Assembly (NCBI RefSeq): GCF_004010195.1
Contig: NC_057757.1
Coordinates: 3,181,350 to 3,227,639, forward strand
Length of the DNA stretch: 46,290 nt
Origin: Chiloscyllium plagiosum
Taxonomy: Eukaryota
Reading direction: 5' to 3'
Part shown: positions 24,414 through 36,798 of the stretch, in pieces
Layout: each line of letters begins with the position of its first letter
Numbering within the stretch: position 1 is the stretch's first letter
Position numbers and translations under genes: made by a program
Notes under the pieces: model-generated
Database searches by the model: none
What the model was told of the DNA's origin: nothing
The model's input: only the letters and a program-made list of their open reading frames with translations

Positions 24414-24649
24414 ATTCCAGGGAAGTGGAGTGCGCTGGTCCACCAGAGGTCAAAGGTATTCCACTCTTCACCCTGACCGAAGAGAGCTTTAAGGCATGCC
24501 ACTTCTCGTTGACCCTGGATGACTATCTCTTCATTGCCTTTGTTGGCTTCATTGTGTCCATTGCATCAGTCGCCACAAACTTCCTTCTGGGAATTACTGC
24601 CAACTGCTGCCATCGCTGGAACAAGGCAAATGAAGAGGAAGAGATGTGA
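24414..24649 (+). CDS. LRRC55: LRRC55 coding exon 2: end of LRRCT, transmembrane helix, short acidic cytoplasmic tail
   Basis: Acceptor TTTTTGTGTCAG|AT, phase 1; ECAGPPEV...[46 protein letters not shown] closely matches the mammalian LRRC55 C-terminus as I recall it; spliced CDS 840 nt, 279 aa. Confidence 0.96.
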
Positions 24650-25395
24650 CAACTCCCTCCCCAACTTTGGTGGACGAACCAATCGCAAAGCTGCAAGGTT
24701 TGACCGGTATTTTGGCTCCTTACATTCAGCCCATGCGAGGAAAGAGTGAGGGAGGAGAAATGGGGATGAGATCATGACGAAGACAACATGTCTTGTCAAG
24801 GGAAGAGCTTGGCGTTCACGAAGAAACCCACTTTTCCTTTTATATTCTTTCTGTCTCCGGTAGTGAGAGGCAACCAAGGAAGATACAGATTTGATTCCAC
24901 CAGCCATGACCCTCTGAGCAAGGCTAGTGAGGAAAAAAGGGCATTTTTCGGTGCCGTTGTACCGAACGATTTGGAGAAGCTGAATTTGCTCTGAGACTCG
25001 AAAGCTACTTCTATGGGAGTCTTTGATGACATTGGAGAGGATGATCTTGAAAAGAGAATTCAAGTTTCTTGATGTTATAGCCATCGGAACTGGAGAGTTA
25101 AGCCTTATTCTTTATGCTGTTTGTACGATTGAAGATCAGAGTTGACTCCAAATCATTCAACTGTAATCATCACCTCAGTTGTCAAGCAATGGAGGATGCA
25201 GTTGAATCTACTCATTTACTAAGTTTTAACTGAGATTGTAATGGTGGAAAGTGACTGAGACTTTGCAACTTTGAAATTCAGATGAGAAGGAAAACTTTGA
25301 AATGTTCATTCACTTTTACAATCCGATGTGAGGAAGATCCGATTGAAGATGATCTGATAAATGAAGACCAGAACTCTAAGCACTGTTTGAAGAAA

Positions 25396-25401
25396 AATAA
25401 A
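25396..25401 (+). promoter_or_regulatory. Candidate polyadenylation signal for LRRC55 (another AATAAA at 25884-25889)
   Basis: First AATAAA seen after the stop codon in repeat-poor sequence. Confidence 0.4.
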
Positions 25402-26189
25402 GCTTAAAAAGAAACAAACAAGTTCTTCATTTGTCCTTAATGCTGAGAGGGAGAGGACAGACAGAGTTCAATTCCAGCCTAATTGGTATCAATCTAATTG
25501 GCCTTTGGAACTTAGTTGAGTATTCAATGGACAAGAAGCAAAGGACTGTGATTGCAAATAGTTTTGACATGTTTCTCAGCTAGGGTCAAATGTAATTACC
25601 TCCAATTACTTAGCGCAGAACCAGGCCATTTGGCCCAACAGGCCAGTGCTGATGTGTCAAGCCTCCTCCCAGTCCCTACTTCATCTCACCTTAGCAACAT
25701 AACAGATGGTGAGGAAATGTACTGTGCTGTATGGGAGGCTTTCAAAGGTATGCACATCTTGCACATAGCTAACTGTGGGCGATTCAGCGCTTGCTATATA
25801 TATTTCACAATAGTCCTAAACTGAATTTGAACTTTGTGAAACTGACGGAAGGAAAAGGCAATTTGTCAATATCATTATCTTCAAATAAATGTTTGGGGAG
25901 CCTTGATGAGCAAGGATATGACAATATTAAGACCAATTTTAACAGGATATATCTTGGTGATGCAAACTGTGCAGGCATCTGCTCATTAAAAGCTGACTAG
26001 GTCTGACAGTTCCTGATAAACACCTGATTTATGAGTGTGGATACAAAATACAGAGAGCTTCATATCCGTTGGGCTATTTAAAGACAGAAGCAAAATGAGA
26101 TTGAGAGGCTGCCTTCCCCTCCAAAAAAAATAAATCGGGTAAGGACAATGTTGGCAGGCCTGCCTCAGGAATTCTAACCAGCCTGAGAA

Positions 26190-26232
26190 TGTGTGTGTGT
26201 GTGTGTGTGAGAGAGAAAGAGAGATAGAGAGA
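26190..26232. repeat. Compound (GT)n(GA)n microsatellite
   Basis: Direct sequence. Confidence 0.9.
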
Positions 26233-27091
26233 AGGCTGGTTAATATGTCCACTATGGAACCAGGTCACTCAGCATCCTGGAGCAATTTGCCTTTAGGTAG
26301 CAGCAGTTTTTATGAGGAGAATGTTCCCTAGCCAATTCATGGGGAGGGGGCATTTGTCAGGTGAAGAATCGCATGCAAGCAAGTTTGGGGCGGTAGCAGA
26401 GGTGAACAAAGGAGTAACTTTTAAGCAGCATCTTACCAGAGCAGAGAGAGAGATGGCAATGCTGAGAGAGGGAATTCTTTCGGACTCCAGGCAGCTGAAA
26501 GGACGGGTGCCCCAAAGGTGTGACTAAAATTGGGGCTATTTCGGCAGTCAAAATTGTAGTTTACTCTCCTGATCAGTTATACGCTCGGCAGACCTCTGAC
26601 GTCTTCAAGTAAGGCTGGAATTTATTGTGTGACTTCTGATGCCCAAATCATGGAAAGGATTAAGAGCCACCCTAAGGTGACCTTCCTTTGAAGGTTGTTA
26701 GAAAACTATTCAGTGTTTGCAGCAATTTCTGGTGGTGATATCAAGGTTCCAGATTTATTGGACTGTGTCCAGTAGCAGAATCAGGACTCGTGCCCTGTAG
26801 GTGCCATCAGTTCAGCCCAGCCTTATCCACACGTAATAATTTGTTGCTTGAAAACTATACCGTAGTTTATCGAAAGGCCTCTCATTGCTCTTTGACCTCA
26901 TTCAGTTTATCTATCTAAATGGCCTTTGAGCCATTTATACTATTTAAACACCCTTTCACTCCCATTCAGATGATTTGCCTTTGCTTTTATATTCATTCTT
27001 GGGATGTGTGCATTGCTGGCTGGGCCAGCATTTATTGCATGTACCTAAATATCCTTGAGAAGGTGATGGTGGGGGGGGAGTGGATGTGGTG

Positions 27092-27180
27092 GAAATGTGT
27101 TGCTGGAGAAGCGCAGCAGGTCAGGCAGCATCTAGGGAACAGGAGAATCGACGTTTCGGGCATTAGCCCTTCTTCAGGAA
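27092..27180 (-). mobile_element. 89-bp Penelope-like mini-insert; 10-bp TSD
   Basis: GGATGTGGTG at 27082-27091 and 27181-27190. Confidence 0.85.
27150..27177 (-). ncRNA. Minimal type I hammerhead ribozyme motif, intact core
   Basis: Minus strand reads CUGAAGA-A-GGGC(UAAU)GCCC-GAAA-CGUC. Confidence 0.75.
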
Positions 27181-28114
27181 GGATGTGGTGCCAATCAAGT
27201 GGGGCTGCTTTGACCTGAATGGTGCTGACCTTCTTGAGTCTTGTTAGAGCTTGAATACCATTTGACCCTGTTTCTCCTCAGAACATTCTGACCCCAGTTA
27301 TCTGTCTAGATGTCCTTCGACCCCCATTAGTTTTATTTTCTTCCCTGGCAACAGATTGCTTAACACTCAAATCTACAAGGAATGTCGCAATATGAGGAAC
27401 ATGAGGCCATTCAGACCCATTGTGCATATGGCCATTTTGCAGCTCAACTCCTGTAGCCTCACCTTTCCCATACAATTCATGCATCTGTGCTCTCCACCCT
27501 CTACCCCACCATTGCTTGTATTTTAAAATCTGGCTACATCCGAAGACATTTTAACCCTCTAGGGAAAGGAATAATTTCCAAGGAGTGGAGGAATGCATGA
27601 TGGAAGAAGAAAACAATAAACTGAGGAAACCTATGAAGAAGGGGTGAAATTAGGGAAGACAACTGGGATTGAGAATGCTAGTGCAGTTGGGGAAGTGAGG
27701 TAAGCATTTCAGGTCCTTTTCCAGCCTCATGTCACCTTGACTTGAAACTACATTGGCTGTCGGTCCCTTCAAAATCCTGGGACTTCCTTCCAAATGGCAC
27801 TGTGTGGGTGTTCCCTACACTACACAAACTGCAGTTGTTCAAGAATAGGCCTCTCCACCTCCTCAAGCAGCAATTAGACTTGGACACAAATTCTGGTCTG
27901 GCCCACCATGCCCCTCATCCCAAACAATAGCTTTCAAAAGACACTTCACTTGAACCCATTTTCTTGTCAATTTCTATTTTGGTTTGATGTTGAATTTTTC
28001 TTTACAGTCCTTGGAACTCAAAAAGCAGCAACGTCCCAGAAACAAGCCATGTTTATGAGATCCTTGGCTAAATAGCGGATGGTTCGGACACTGAGGATTT
28101 TCTTTTTCCTTTCA

Positions 28115-28443
28115 AAGAATCCTACAGTATGGAAAGAGGCCATTTGGCCCAACAAGTCCACACAAACTCTCTGAAGAGCGTCCCACCTTATCCCCATAAC
28201 CTCACATTTCCCATGGCTAATCCACCTAGCCTGCACATCATGGGGTGATTTAGCGTGGCCAATCCACCCTAACCTGCACATCTTTGGGTTGTGTGAGGAA
28301 ATCAGAGCACCCGGAGGAAATCAGAGCACCCAGAGGAAACCCACACTGACTGCAAACTCCACACAATCGCCTGAGGTTGGAATTGAACCTGGATCCATGG
28401 TGTCGTGAGGCAGGAGTGCTAACCACTAAGCTACTGTGCTGCC
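28115..28443 (-). mobile_element. tRNA-derived SINE (HE1/V-SINE-like)
   Basis: Reverse-complement head/core; internal tandem duplication GAGGAAATCAGAGCACCC. Confidence 0.85.
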
Positions 28444-28774
28444 CTCGGACTCCAGGAATTGAGGGACACAGGAATGGGCAGGATCAGTGACCATCTTATG
28501 GAATTGCAAACCACCTTGAGGGACCAAATGGCCTATCCTTTATCCTATTTCTGGTACCCACAACTGCTCTTTAAAAAAAAACAATTTTTTTGGGATATGA
28601 GGATTGATTGCAAAGCCAATTCATGTAGCATGGGAGAGAGGGGTTGGGTGGGTGAGTGTGGAGGTAGGCAAGGAAAAGGCTGAATTCTGGAATCAATTTG
28701 GGGAAAAGTAGGGTAAATGCCAACAGGTTATTAGCCATTCAGACTTACCCCACAACTCCCTCTCCCTTAGAAAC

Positions 28775-29750
28775 ATAAAATCCCTACAGTGCTGAAGCAG
28801 GCCATTCGGCCCATTGAGTCCACACCAACCCTCCGAATAGTATCCCACCCTATCCCTGTAACCCCAGACTTCCCATGGCTAGCTCACCTATCCCTGGACA
28901 CTACAAGGCAATTTAGAGTCATAGAGATGTACAGCGTGGAAACAGACCAACTAGTCCATGCCGACCAGATAGCCTAAATTTATCTAGTCCCATTTGCCAG
29001 CACATGGCCCATTACCCTCTAAACCCTACCTATTCATGTACCCATCCAGATGCCTTTATGATTTTATAAAGCACTAATAAAGTCACCACCAGCCTTTGAC
29101 GCTCCAAGGAAAACAGCATCAGCCTACTCAGCCTCTCCCTATAGCTCAAACCCTTCAACCCTGGCAAAATCCTTGTAAATCTTTTCTGAACCATTTCAAG
29201 TTTCACACCATCCTTCCAATAGGAGGGAGACCAGAATTTCTCACTATATTCCAAAAGTGGCCTAACCAATGTCCTGCACAGCCACAACATGTTCCCAACT
29301 CCTCTACTCAATGCTCTTACCATTAAAGGAAAGCATACTAAATGCTTTCTTCATTATCCTATCTACTTGAGACTTACTTTCAAGGAACTATGAACCTGCA
29401 TTCCAAGATCTCTTTGTTTAGCAACACTGCCCAGGACCTTACTATTATTGTATAATTCCTGCCCTGATTTGCCTTTCCAAAATGCAGTACCTCACATTTA
29501 TCTAAATTAAACTCCATCAGCCACTCCACCCATTGGTCCATCTGATCAAGATCCTACTGTATTCTGAGGTAACCTTCTTTGCTATCCAATTGCCAATCCA
29601 CCCTAACCTGCACATCTTTGGACTGTGGAAAGAATCCTGAGCACCTGGGGGAAACCCACACAGGCACGGGGAGAATGTGCAAACTCCAGGCTGGAATCGA
29701 ACCAGGATTCCTTGTATCGTGAGGCAGAAGTACTAATCACTGAACCACTT
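28775..29750 (-). mobile_element. SINE (tail ~28775-28913, head ~29590-29750) interrupted by a CR1 fragment (~28914-29588), all minus strand
   Basis: SINE halves are colinear across the insert; ORF 29030-29323 is an RT remnant. Confidence 0.8.
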
Positions 29751-30249
29751 TCTTCTCACCCAAATGTTCTGGAGTGCAACGGGTGAAATGCGATTGTGAA
29801 ACCTTGAAGGGCAGGAGCACTACAGGAGATGCTACAATCAGCATCAGCGCCATCGCAACCTCTGAAGCAGGTCTATTAGTGCCCGGACTCCAGCCTGGTT
29901 ATCCTGCTGTCTGACATTTCACATGGTGAGATGTCCTCACTGGGATTTTTCCCTAAGCCATTGCCTCCTCCTTGAGTGCAGGCAATTAGCATCTCCATAG
30001 GAGCATCCTGAAAGCTGTTTGTTCTCAGTTCTTTTAAAAACTATTTTTCCCTCCTTAATGTACCAAGGCCTCCCTCCACTGCTCCCCGCAAACCCTCCCC
30101 TCCCCCCACCACCCCACACTGGCAGCGAAACTGTGGGAGAAAGGCTTTTCAAATTTGTAGATTAGCTTTTCCTGCCTGCGCTCGAAAAAGAAGTAATTGA
30201 ATTTGCACTTTGATATTTTTACACTGTGTACACATTGTATGGTAGCATT

Positions 30250-30830
30250 TATAGAATAATATGGCACAGAAACAGATCCTTCAGTCCAACTCGTCCAAAC
30301 TGACCAGATGTCCTAAATTAATCTAGTCCCATCTGCCAGCATTTGGACCACATTCCTCTGAACCCTTCTTATTCATGTACCCATCAAGATGTCTTTTAAA
30401 TGTTATAATAGTACCAGCCCCCACCATTACTTCTGGCAGCTCATTGCATACATGCACCACCCACTGCTTGGAAAAGGTTACCCTTTTTAAATTTTTCCCC
30501 TTTCACCTTAAGCCTATAACCTCTACATTTGGACTCCCCTACCCTTGAGTCAAGGCCCTGGCTATTCGCCTAATCCATATCCCTCATGATTTTATAAACT
30601 TCTAGAAGGTTACCCCTCAGCCTCCAATGCTCCAGGGAAAATAGCTCCTATTCAGCCTCTCCGGCTAATTCATACCCTCCAATTGTGGCAACATCCTTGT
30701 AAGTTTTTCTTGCACCCACTCAAGTTAAACAATATTTTGTCTATAGCAGGAAGACCAGAATTGAATACAGTATTGTAAAAGTGCCCTAGCCAATGTAGTC
30801 ACAACATGACATCCCAACTTCTACACTCAC
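30250..30830 (-). mobile_element. CR1-type LINE 3' fragment
   Basis: Similarity to other copies in the window. Confidence 0.85.
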
Positions 30831-31339
30831 TGCCTGAACAGACAGGACCATGGATTTGTTTGGAGGCTGGAGGAGGCCATTTGGGCTGCTGTGTCTGTAC
30901 CGGCTGTCTGAGTGTAAGCATCAAACTCCTACCTTTCTTCCCGTTACCATTGCAGCATTGCATTCTAACACAAATTAATATTCAGTGGGCTCTTGGTCGA
31001 ACGATCATATGATGTCTGAGGGAGGATACTGGAAGTCTGGGAGAAGCACACAGCTCTGAACGCGACATCTCCTGAATTCGGGCAAATTTTACAAAATATC
31101 GTTCCCTCCTTGACATCGCCATCCAATTCTTTCTGCATGAAACAACTCCCAGAAAACATCAAATGCACCTTCGTTCCGGCTGAATTTAACTTTGTTTCTC
31201 CCTCATTTGCAACTTTAGATGGTTTCCTTACCTGCTATTTTAGAGGACTGTCACAATACTAAAGGAGGCTTTTCAGTCCATTCTATCCCTGCTGGCATCT
31301 GAACAGGCAATTCATAAAAGTGAATCCTAGTGTTGTTGA

Positions 31340-31722
31340 TAGACCTAGAGATGTAGGTACAGAGTTCCTTGAAAGGGGCATCACAGGTCGACAGGCTGTT
31401 GAAGAAAACTTTTGGAACACTTGTTTTCATCGGTCAGAGAATTGAGTATAGGATTTGGGATATAATGTTACAGCTGTACAAGACATTGGTAAGGCCACAT
31501 TTGGAGTACTGCATACAATTCTGGTCACCTTGCTATAGGAAGGACATTATTAAACTGGAAAGAGTGCAGAAAATATTTACCAGGATGTTACCAAAACTGG
31601 AGGAATTCAGGTATAAGGACAGGCTGGATAGGGCCAGGATCTTGTTTCATTCTGGAGCAGAGGAGGTTGAGGGGTCCCTGGTGCTGTGAGGCAGCAGTGC
31701 TAACCACTGAGCCACCATACCA
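31340..31722. mobile_element. CR1 RT fragment (+, to ~31672) fused to a SINE head (-)
   Basis: ORF 31369-31689 LQLYKTLVRPHLEYCIQFWSPCYRKDIIKLERVQ; then CTGTGAGGCAGCAGTGCTAACCACTGAGCCACC. Confidence 0.85.
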
Positions 31723-32050
31723 CCCATGTCTCACTCCTTCTTCATCTGCCCCAAAATATCCTTCTACTCTTCTGCCCTCATATGTTGAGCTAGTATTGCT
31801 GTTATTCATCTCAACTGATGCCTCTGGTAGTGGATTCCAAGTGCTCACTACCCTTTGGGGATTAGTGATTGGCAAACATATGGTTCCTCCATTCTGGGCT
31901 TACCCATATTGTCTCTTTGTCAACCTTATCAAACCCTCCCATGTTCCTAAGACCTCAAATGGTCACCTCTTAGCCTCTCTTCAAAATGAAAAGACCCTCC
32001 AGCCTGTTCAGATCTTCCTAATTATGATTTTACAGTTCAGGTAGAGAACA

Positions 32051-33162
32051 GAGTTATAGAGTCATACAACACAGAAACAGAAGCTTCGGTCCAAACTGTC
32101 CATGCTGAACATAATCCCAAACTAAAGTAGTCCCATTGCCTGCACTTGTCCCATATCCCTCCAACCCTTCCTATTCATGTATATATCCAAATGTCTTTTA
32201 AATATTGTAACTGCACCGCCATTCACCAATTCCTCACCACACGAACCATTGTTTAAACAATTGCCCCATATTTAAAAAAAAATCTTTCTTTCACCCTAAA
32301 AATGTGACCTAGTCTTGAAAATCCCCACCCGAGGGAAAAGACACCTGTCATTCACCTTATCTATGCCCCACGTAATTTTATAAATATCTGTAAGATCACC
32401 CCTCAACCTCCTGTGCTCCAGTGAAAGAAGTCCCAGCCTATCCATAAAACTCAAATTCTCCATTCCTGGCAACATGGAACATAGAAAAGTACAGCACACA
32501 ACAGGCCCTTTGGCCCACGATGTTGTGCCGAGATTTAATCCTAATGTAAAATATAGTAACTTAACCTACGCTTCCCTCAACTCACTGCTATCCATGTGCA
32601 TATCCAGCAGTCACTTTAACGTCCCCAATGATTCTGCAACATCACGGTAAATCTCTTCTGAACTCTGTCTAGCATAATAATAACTTTTCTATAACAGGAT
32701 GACCAGAATTTAGTGCATAGTACTCTAGAAGAAGCCTCATCATCCTGTAGAACCTCAACACACGACGTCCCAACTCCTGTACTCAAAAGGTCTGAACAAT
32801 GAAGGGAAAATGAGATGAGGCTGGATCAATAAGGATATACAAGGCTGAGAGAGACAGATTTTTTTTAATCAGGAAGGGGAGTTAAGGGGAAAGACAGGAA
32901 AGTGGAGCTGAGGATTAGTAGATCAGCCATGATCATCATATCAGAGTGGATTCGATGGGCTGAATGGCCCACTTCTGCTCCTCTGTCTTCTGGTCATCTC
33001 AACTGTGCAATTGTTTATTGACATGAAAGTACAAATACTCCTGTCCCAAAACAAACCGAAGGTACCAAACTTCATGTAGCACAGATTAGATTGAAAATAG
33101 GAGAATTTCTGTATCATAAATACATTGCACAATGTTCTATATCATGTGATATACATTAATAA
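32051..33162 (-). repeat. Copy 2 of the old inverted duplication, carrying its own 160-bp LINE-tail insert (32476-32635, TSD GCAACAT)
   Basis: Reverse complement of 17298-18742; GCAACAT at 32469-32475 and 32636-32642. Confidence 0.9.
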
Positions 33163-36100
33163 TCTAGCTTCAGAGTTTCATATGTGTTTAGATGGCATGA
33201 TTATTGGCACAACTTCATTCAAGGGATGGAAACACTGAATGAACTCTGCTTCCTCCTAATCCGTATGTCAGTCAATAAATTGGTGATTCCCGGTTTTATT
33301 TCAGGGGTCTCCAAATCTGTGAACAATGGCAAAGCACGCAGTCTCCTGGGTGAGCCAGTATAATTTCTTCAGCCACTGCAGTGAGTGGAGGCTAGCTGAA
33401 TGATGTTACATAAAGCGCGTGATTTCCAAATCTCTTCAAGACGTGATGGGCAGGGAAGAAATTACTCAATCATTGCTGTCCTGACTGAGACTAGATTTGT
33501 GATGCTCAATGCACTCTTTTCAAGACCCATACATCAATGCAGCTGTCAATATATATCAGCTGGTCCCAGGGATATGCTTTCCGGTGACAGACCCCCGCCT
33601 GATCCTGCTAAAACAAGTCAATGTGATTCACTCACAAAATACTAATAACTCGTTCAGGATCTGCAAGTGTAGAGTGCAACATCTTTACAAATGTCTATGC
33701 ACTTAAAGCCCCATTGTGTCTTTGAATAGGCTCTATCCATGGGTGATAGAAGGTCTGCAATATTTGGGGCAGAGCTATCCACAAAGTCATTGTTCTATTC
33801 AGTTACAGTTGCTTTTGACATAGATCACTAGCACCAACCCCTCTCTGTCCAACAGACCATCCCTTTCATTTGGAAAGTTAGCCAAATACATTTCAGATTT
33901 TTGTTTTCAGTGTATAAACATTGGCATCATCTTGTGGGTCTTTTTCACGCTGCCATTTCCATGTAATTAACTTGTAAATAAATCTCATGGTTTTTGCCTG
34001 AAAATAATGTGCGTGATGTTGCCACCAGATGTAAACCAGATAGGGGCAGATGTTATGGCCTTTGCTGAGGAGTCCCACTGAGGCCAGTCTTCATCAAGAG
34101 AATTCACACCACACTATTCTCATTCCCATCACTGTATGAGATGATGAAGTTTCTCCTGATTTCCCCATCGGGATTCTTGGTGACAATGTTACAAAGATGG
34201 CCTTTGGATCTTCTCTTCCTTACTGTAGGACACATCTCTGCATTCAGTCAATTCCAAACTGGGGCTTTCTAACCTTTTCAAACGGGTGGGAGCACATTTT
34301 AGTTTATTTCTCACTCGATGGGGGGCAGGAGGGAAGGAGAGGTGGTGTGCAAATTTCACACATCCCCCTCTATCCCTCCCCCCCCCCCCCCCCCCCTTAG
34401 AATTGGTGGCCCAATCCTCACTTCCCATTCTACCCAACATGAACTAACTCTTCTGTTCTAGTCCCCCAGCATCTTTGAAGATTTTGTTTAAAACAATCAA
34501 AAACAGCCGGGGAATTGGCAGTGTCCTTACCTCTGAGCCAGGAGACCTGAGTTCAAGACCCACCTAATCAAGGAGGTGCATAATAGCATTTCTGAACAGG
34601 TTGATTAGAAAATAAAAAGGTGCATTAGGAGATCTTTCAGTCCTCGAATTGCTCCTCTCCATCTGGATCATACCCCGTTCCAATTTAAAGCCCTTTCGTC
34701 AAGCAATTGATGTTGAGGCATTTTAGACAGCAAGGTGGTGCTGATTGGTTCGATGATCGTTGACATGGGAGATGCAACAAGAGCAGTTAACTGTCAATCT
34801 TCACTCACAGTTGGTAAGCAGATTCTGATTTGTCATGGTGCTGCCAAGGGCATGCAGCAGAGGGCTTTCAGAAAAGGTGCACCGTATGCTTATATTTAGC
34901 TTCCTGCACGCGCAAATGCATCACTCTACAAACCTAGCTGATTTGACATTTGTTTCTGTTGTAAACCTTAGCAGAGTCTGGATTGTTTAATAAATGATAC
35001 ACAATCACAGATTCACATCAAATGTGGAACCTTCTTCAAGTCTGTTTCTTGTGTTGCAGCTCTGATGAGTACAAGATAAAAAGCTTCTTGTCTCCTTTTT
35101 ATGACAAATTCTGTACTAACGAGCATTTAATTTTGTTATTAACACATCACCATCAATTCTTTCCCGTTCCATTTCTTCTCATGGCTGATCATCCAATTCA
35201 GTTCCACGTTCCTGCTTTCTCCTCCATGCCCTTTCATCCCTTTAGCCCTACGAACTACTGTATATTCTCAAAGTAAAATCTGAAAAATTTGATTTTTATG
35301 TAAGGTTACATTTATGGGGTTGACCACTACATGGATACTACTTCTGAGGGAATGAAATTCACGCTACTGTCCAAAATACCGTATCCTGAGCAAAAGCCTT
35401 CCTTCTGCCGATTTCTGATTACAAACTGGCAAAACTGTAATATCTTACCTTCTAGCTCAGCAGGCAGCTTTTCTGCGAGCTTAGTTCTCTGCCGAAGTGT
35501 TAAGTTATGCCTTCTGATGTGTTGTGGTCTCTGCTGAGCAGTACTATTGAAGCCTGCCTTCATCGAAGGAATTCACAGCACGCTGTTCCTGTCTGGATAC
35601 TATCCCATTCTGTTCACTTCAGTTCAGAGGAGAGTAGACCTGCACTCTTCAGAACAGCATAGAAACAGGCCATACGGCCCAACTAATTCATCCCATCTAA
35701 TTCTACCTTCCTAACCCTCGACTCGTTTCACCCTCACGTGCCAGTCGGTTTTCCCAGAAAACGCATACAGACGTTTTCCTTCCATCACTTCCGTGGGAAC
35801 CTTGTGAACCATCCAGACCTTGCCTTAAAATCTGAAATTCCATCCTTCTTTCATTCGTTTCATGCTTGGATTCAGATGGCTTCACAACTAACATTTTCCA
35901 TTTTAATGATTTTCAAGGATCCACTCTAACTTTTTTCTCCAACTGTGGCCGCTTGAGAGGTTTATCTCTGTTGGCACACTTGTGTTTTAGTATTTTCTGA
36001 AGTTGGTTCGATATCAGTCTTCAGCCTAACCATTAACCTCAACTAGGTATAGGACTGTATTCCATGAATGCTACGGGGAACCTGAGCTCAGCTGAACTGC

Positions 36101-36269
36101 AGACAAACGGAGGTTGTCACCTGATTCTGACTTGATGCAGCTTGAACTTTTGTCAAATTGGTATGAATTATACATAAAAACATACACAATAGCACAAAAA
36201 CATTAATTTCCTGATCATAACACTTATGTACAGGATAATACCTTGACTCACAAATGTTGATCTGTTATC

Positions 36270-36385
36270 CATGAAGAACTAGGGTTGACTTTTACAAAGG
36301 ATATGTGGAAAATTCCAGACTTTTTGGCCAAAAATAGGGTTGACTTTTACATGAGATCGACTTTTACTGGAGTATACACTATATA
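36270..36385. mobile_element. Possible decayed Tc1/mariner-superfamily (Tc2-like) DNA transposon end
   Basis: Three GGTTGACTTTTAC/ATCGACTTTTAC subterminal repeats ending GAGTATACAC; family call is from recalled consensus only. Confidence 0.35.
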
Positions 36386-36394
36386 TCTACTTAA

Positions 36395-36655
36395 GAGTCA
36401 TGGAGTCATAGAGATGTACAGCATGGAAACAGACACTTTGGTCCAACTCGTCCATGCCAACCAGACATCCCAACCCAATCTAGTCTCACCTGCCAGCACC
36501 TGGCCCATATCCCACCAAACCCTTCCTAATCAAATACCCATCCAGATGCCTTTTAAATGTTGCAATTGTACCAGCCTCCACCACTTCCTCTGGCAGCTCA
36601 TTCCATACATGTACCACCCTCTGCGTGAAAAATTTGCCCCTTAGGTCTCTTTTAT
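36395..36655 (-). mobile_element. CR1-type LINE 3' end
   Basis: KRDLRGKFFTQRVVHVWNELPEEVVEAG remnant and tail. Confidence 0.85.
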
Positions 36656-36798
36656 CCAAAACAATGCAATAGCATATAAAACAGCAATTGCTGCTCCAGG
36701 AATTCGAGGAAATCACCTCCAACACCTAAAATACCTCTTTAAAAAAAAAGGAACAGCTGTTACAGCCAGAAGTTTTTCCCGTCCTCCATCTTGCTTCT

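Noticed and set aside
24418..24420. Alternative CAG acceptor 7 nt inside exon 2
   Set aside because: Would shift the frame and lose the TM segment
24566..25084. 172-aa minus-strand ORF over the LRRC55 stop/3'UTR
   Set aside because: No recognisable homology or motif; compatible with chance
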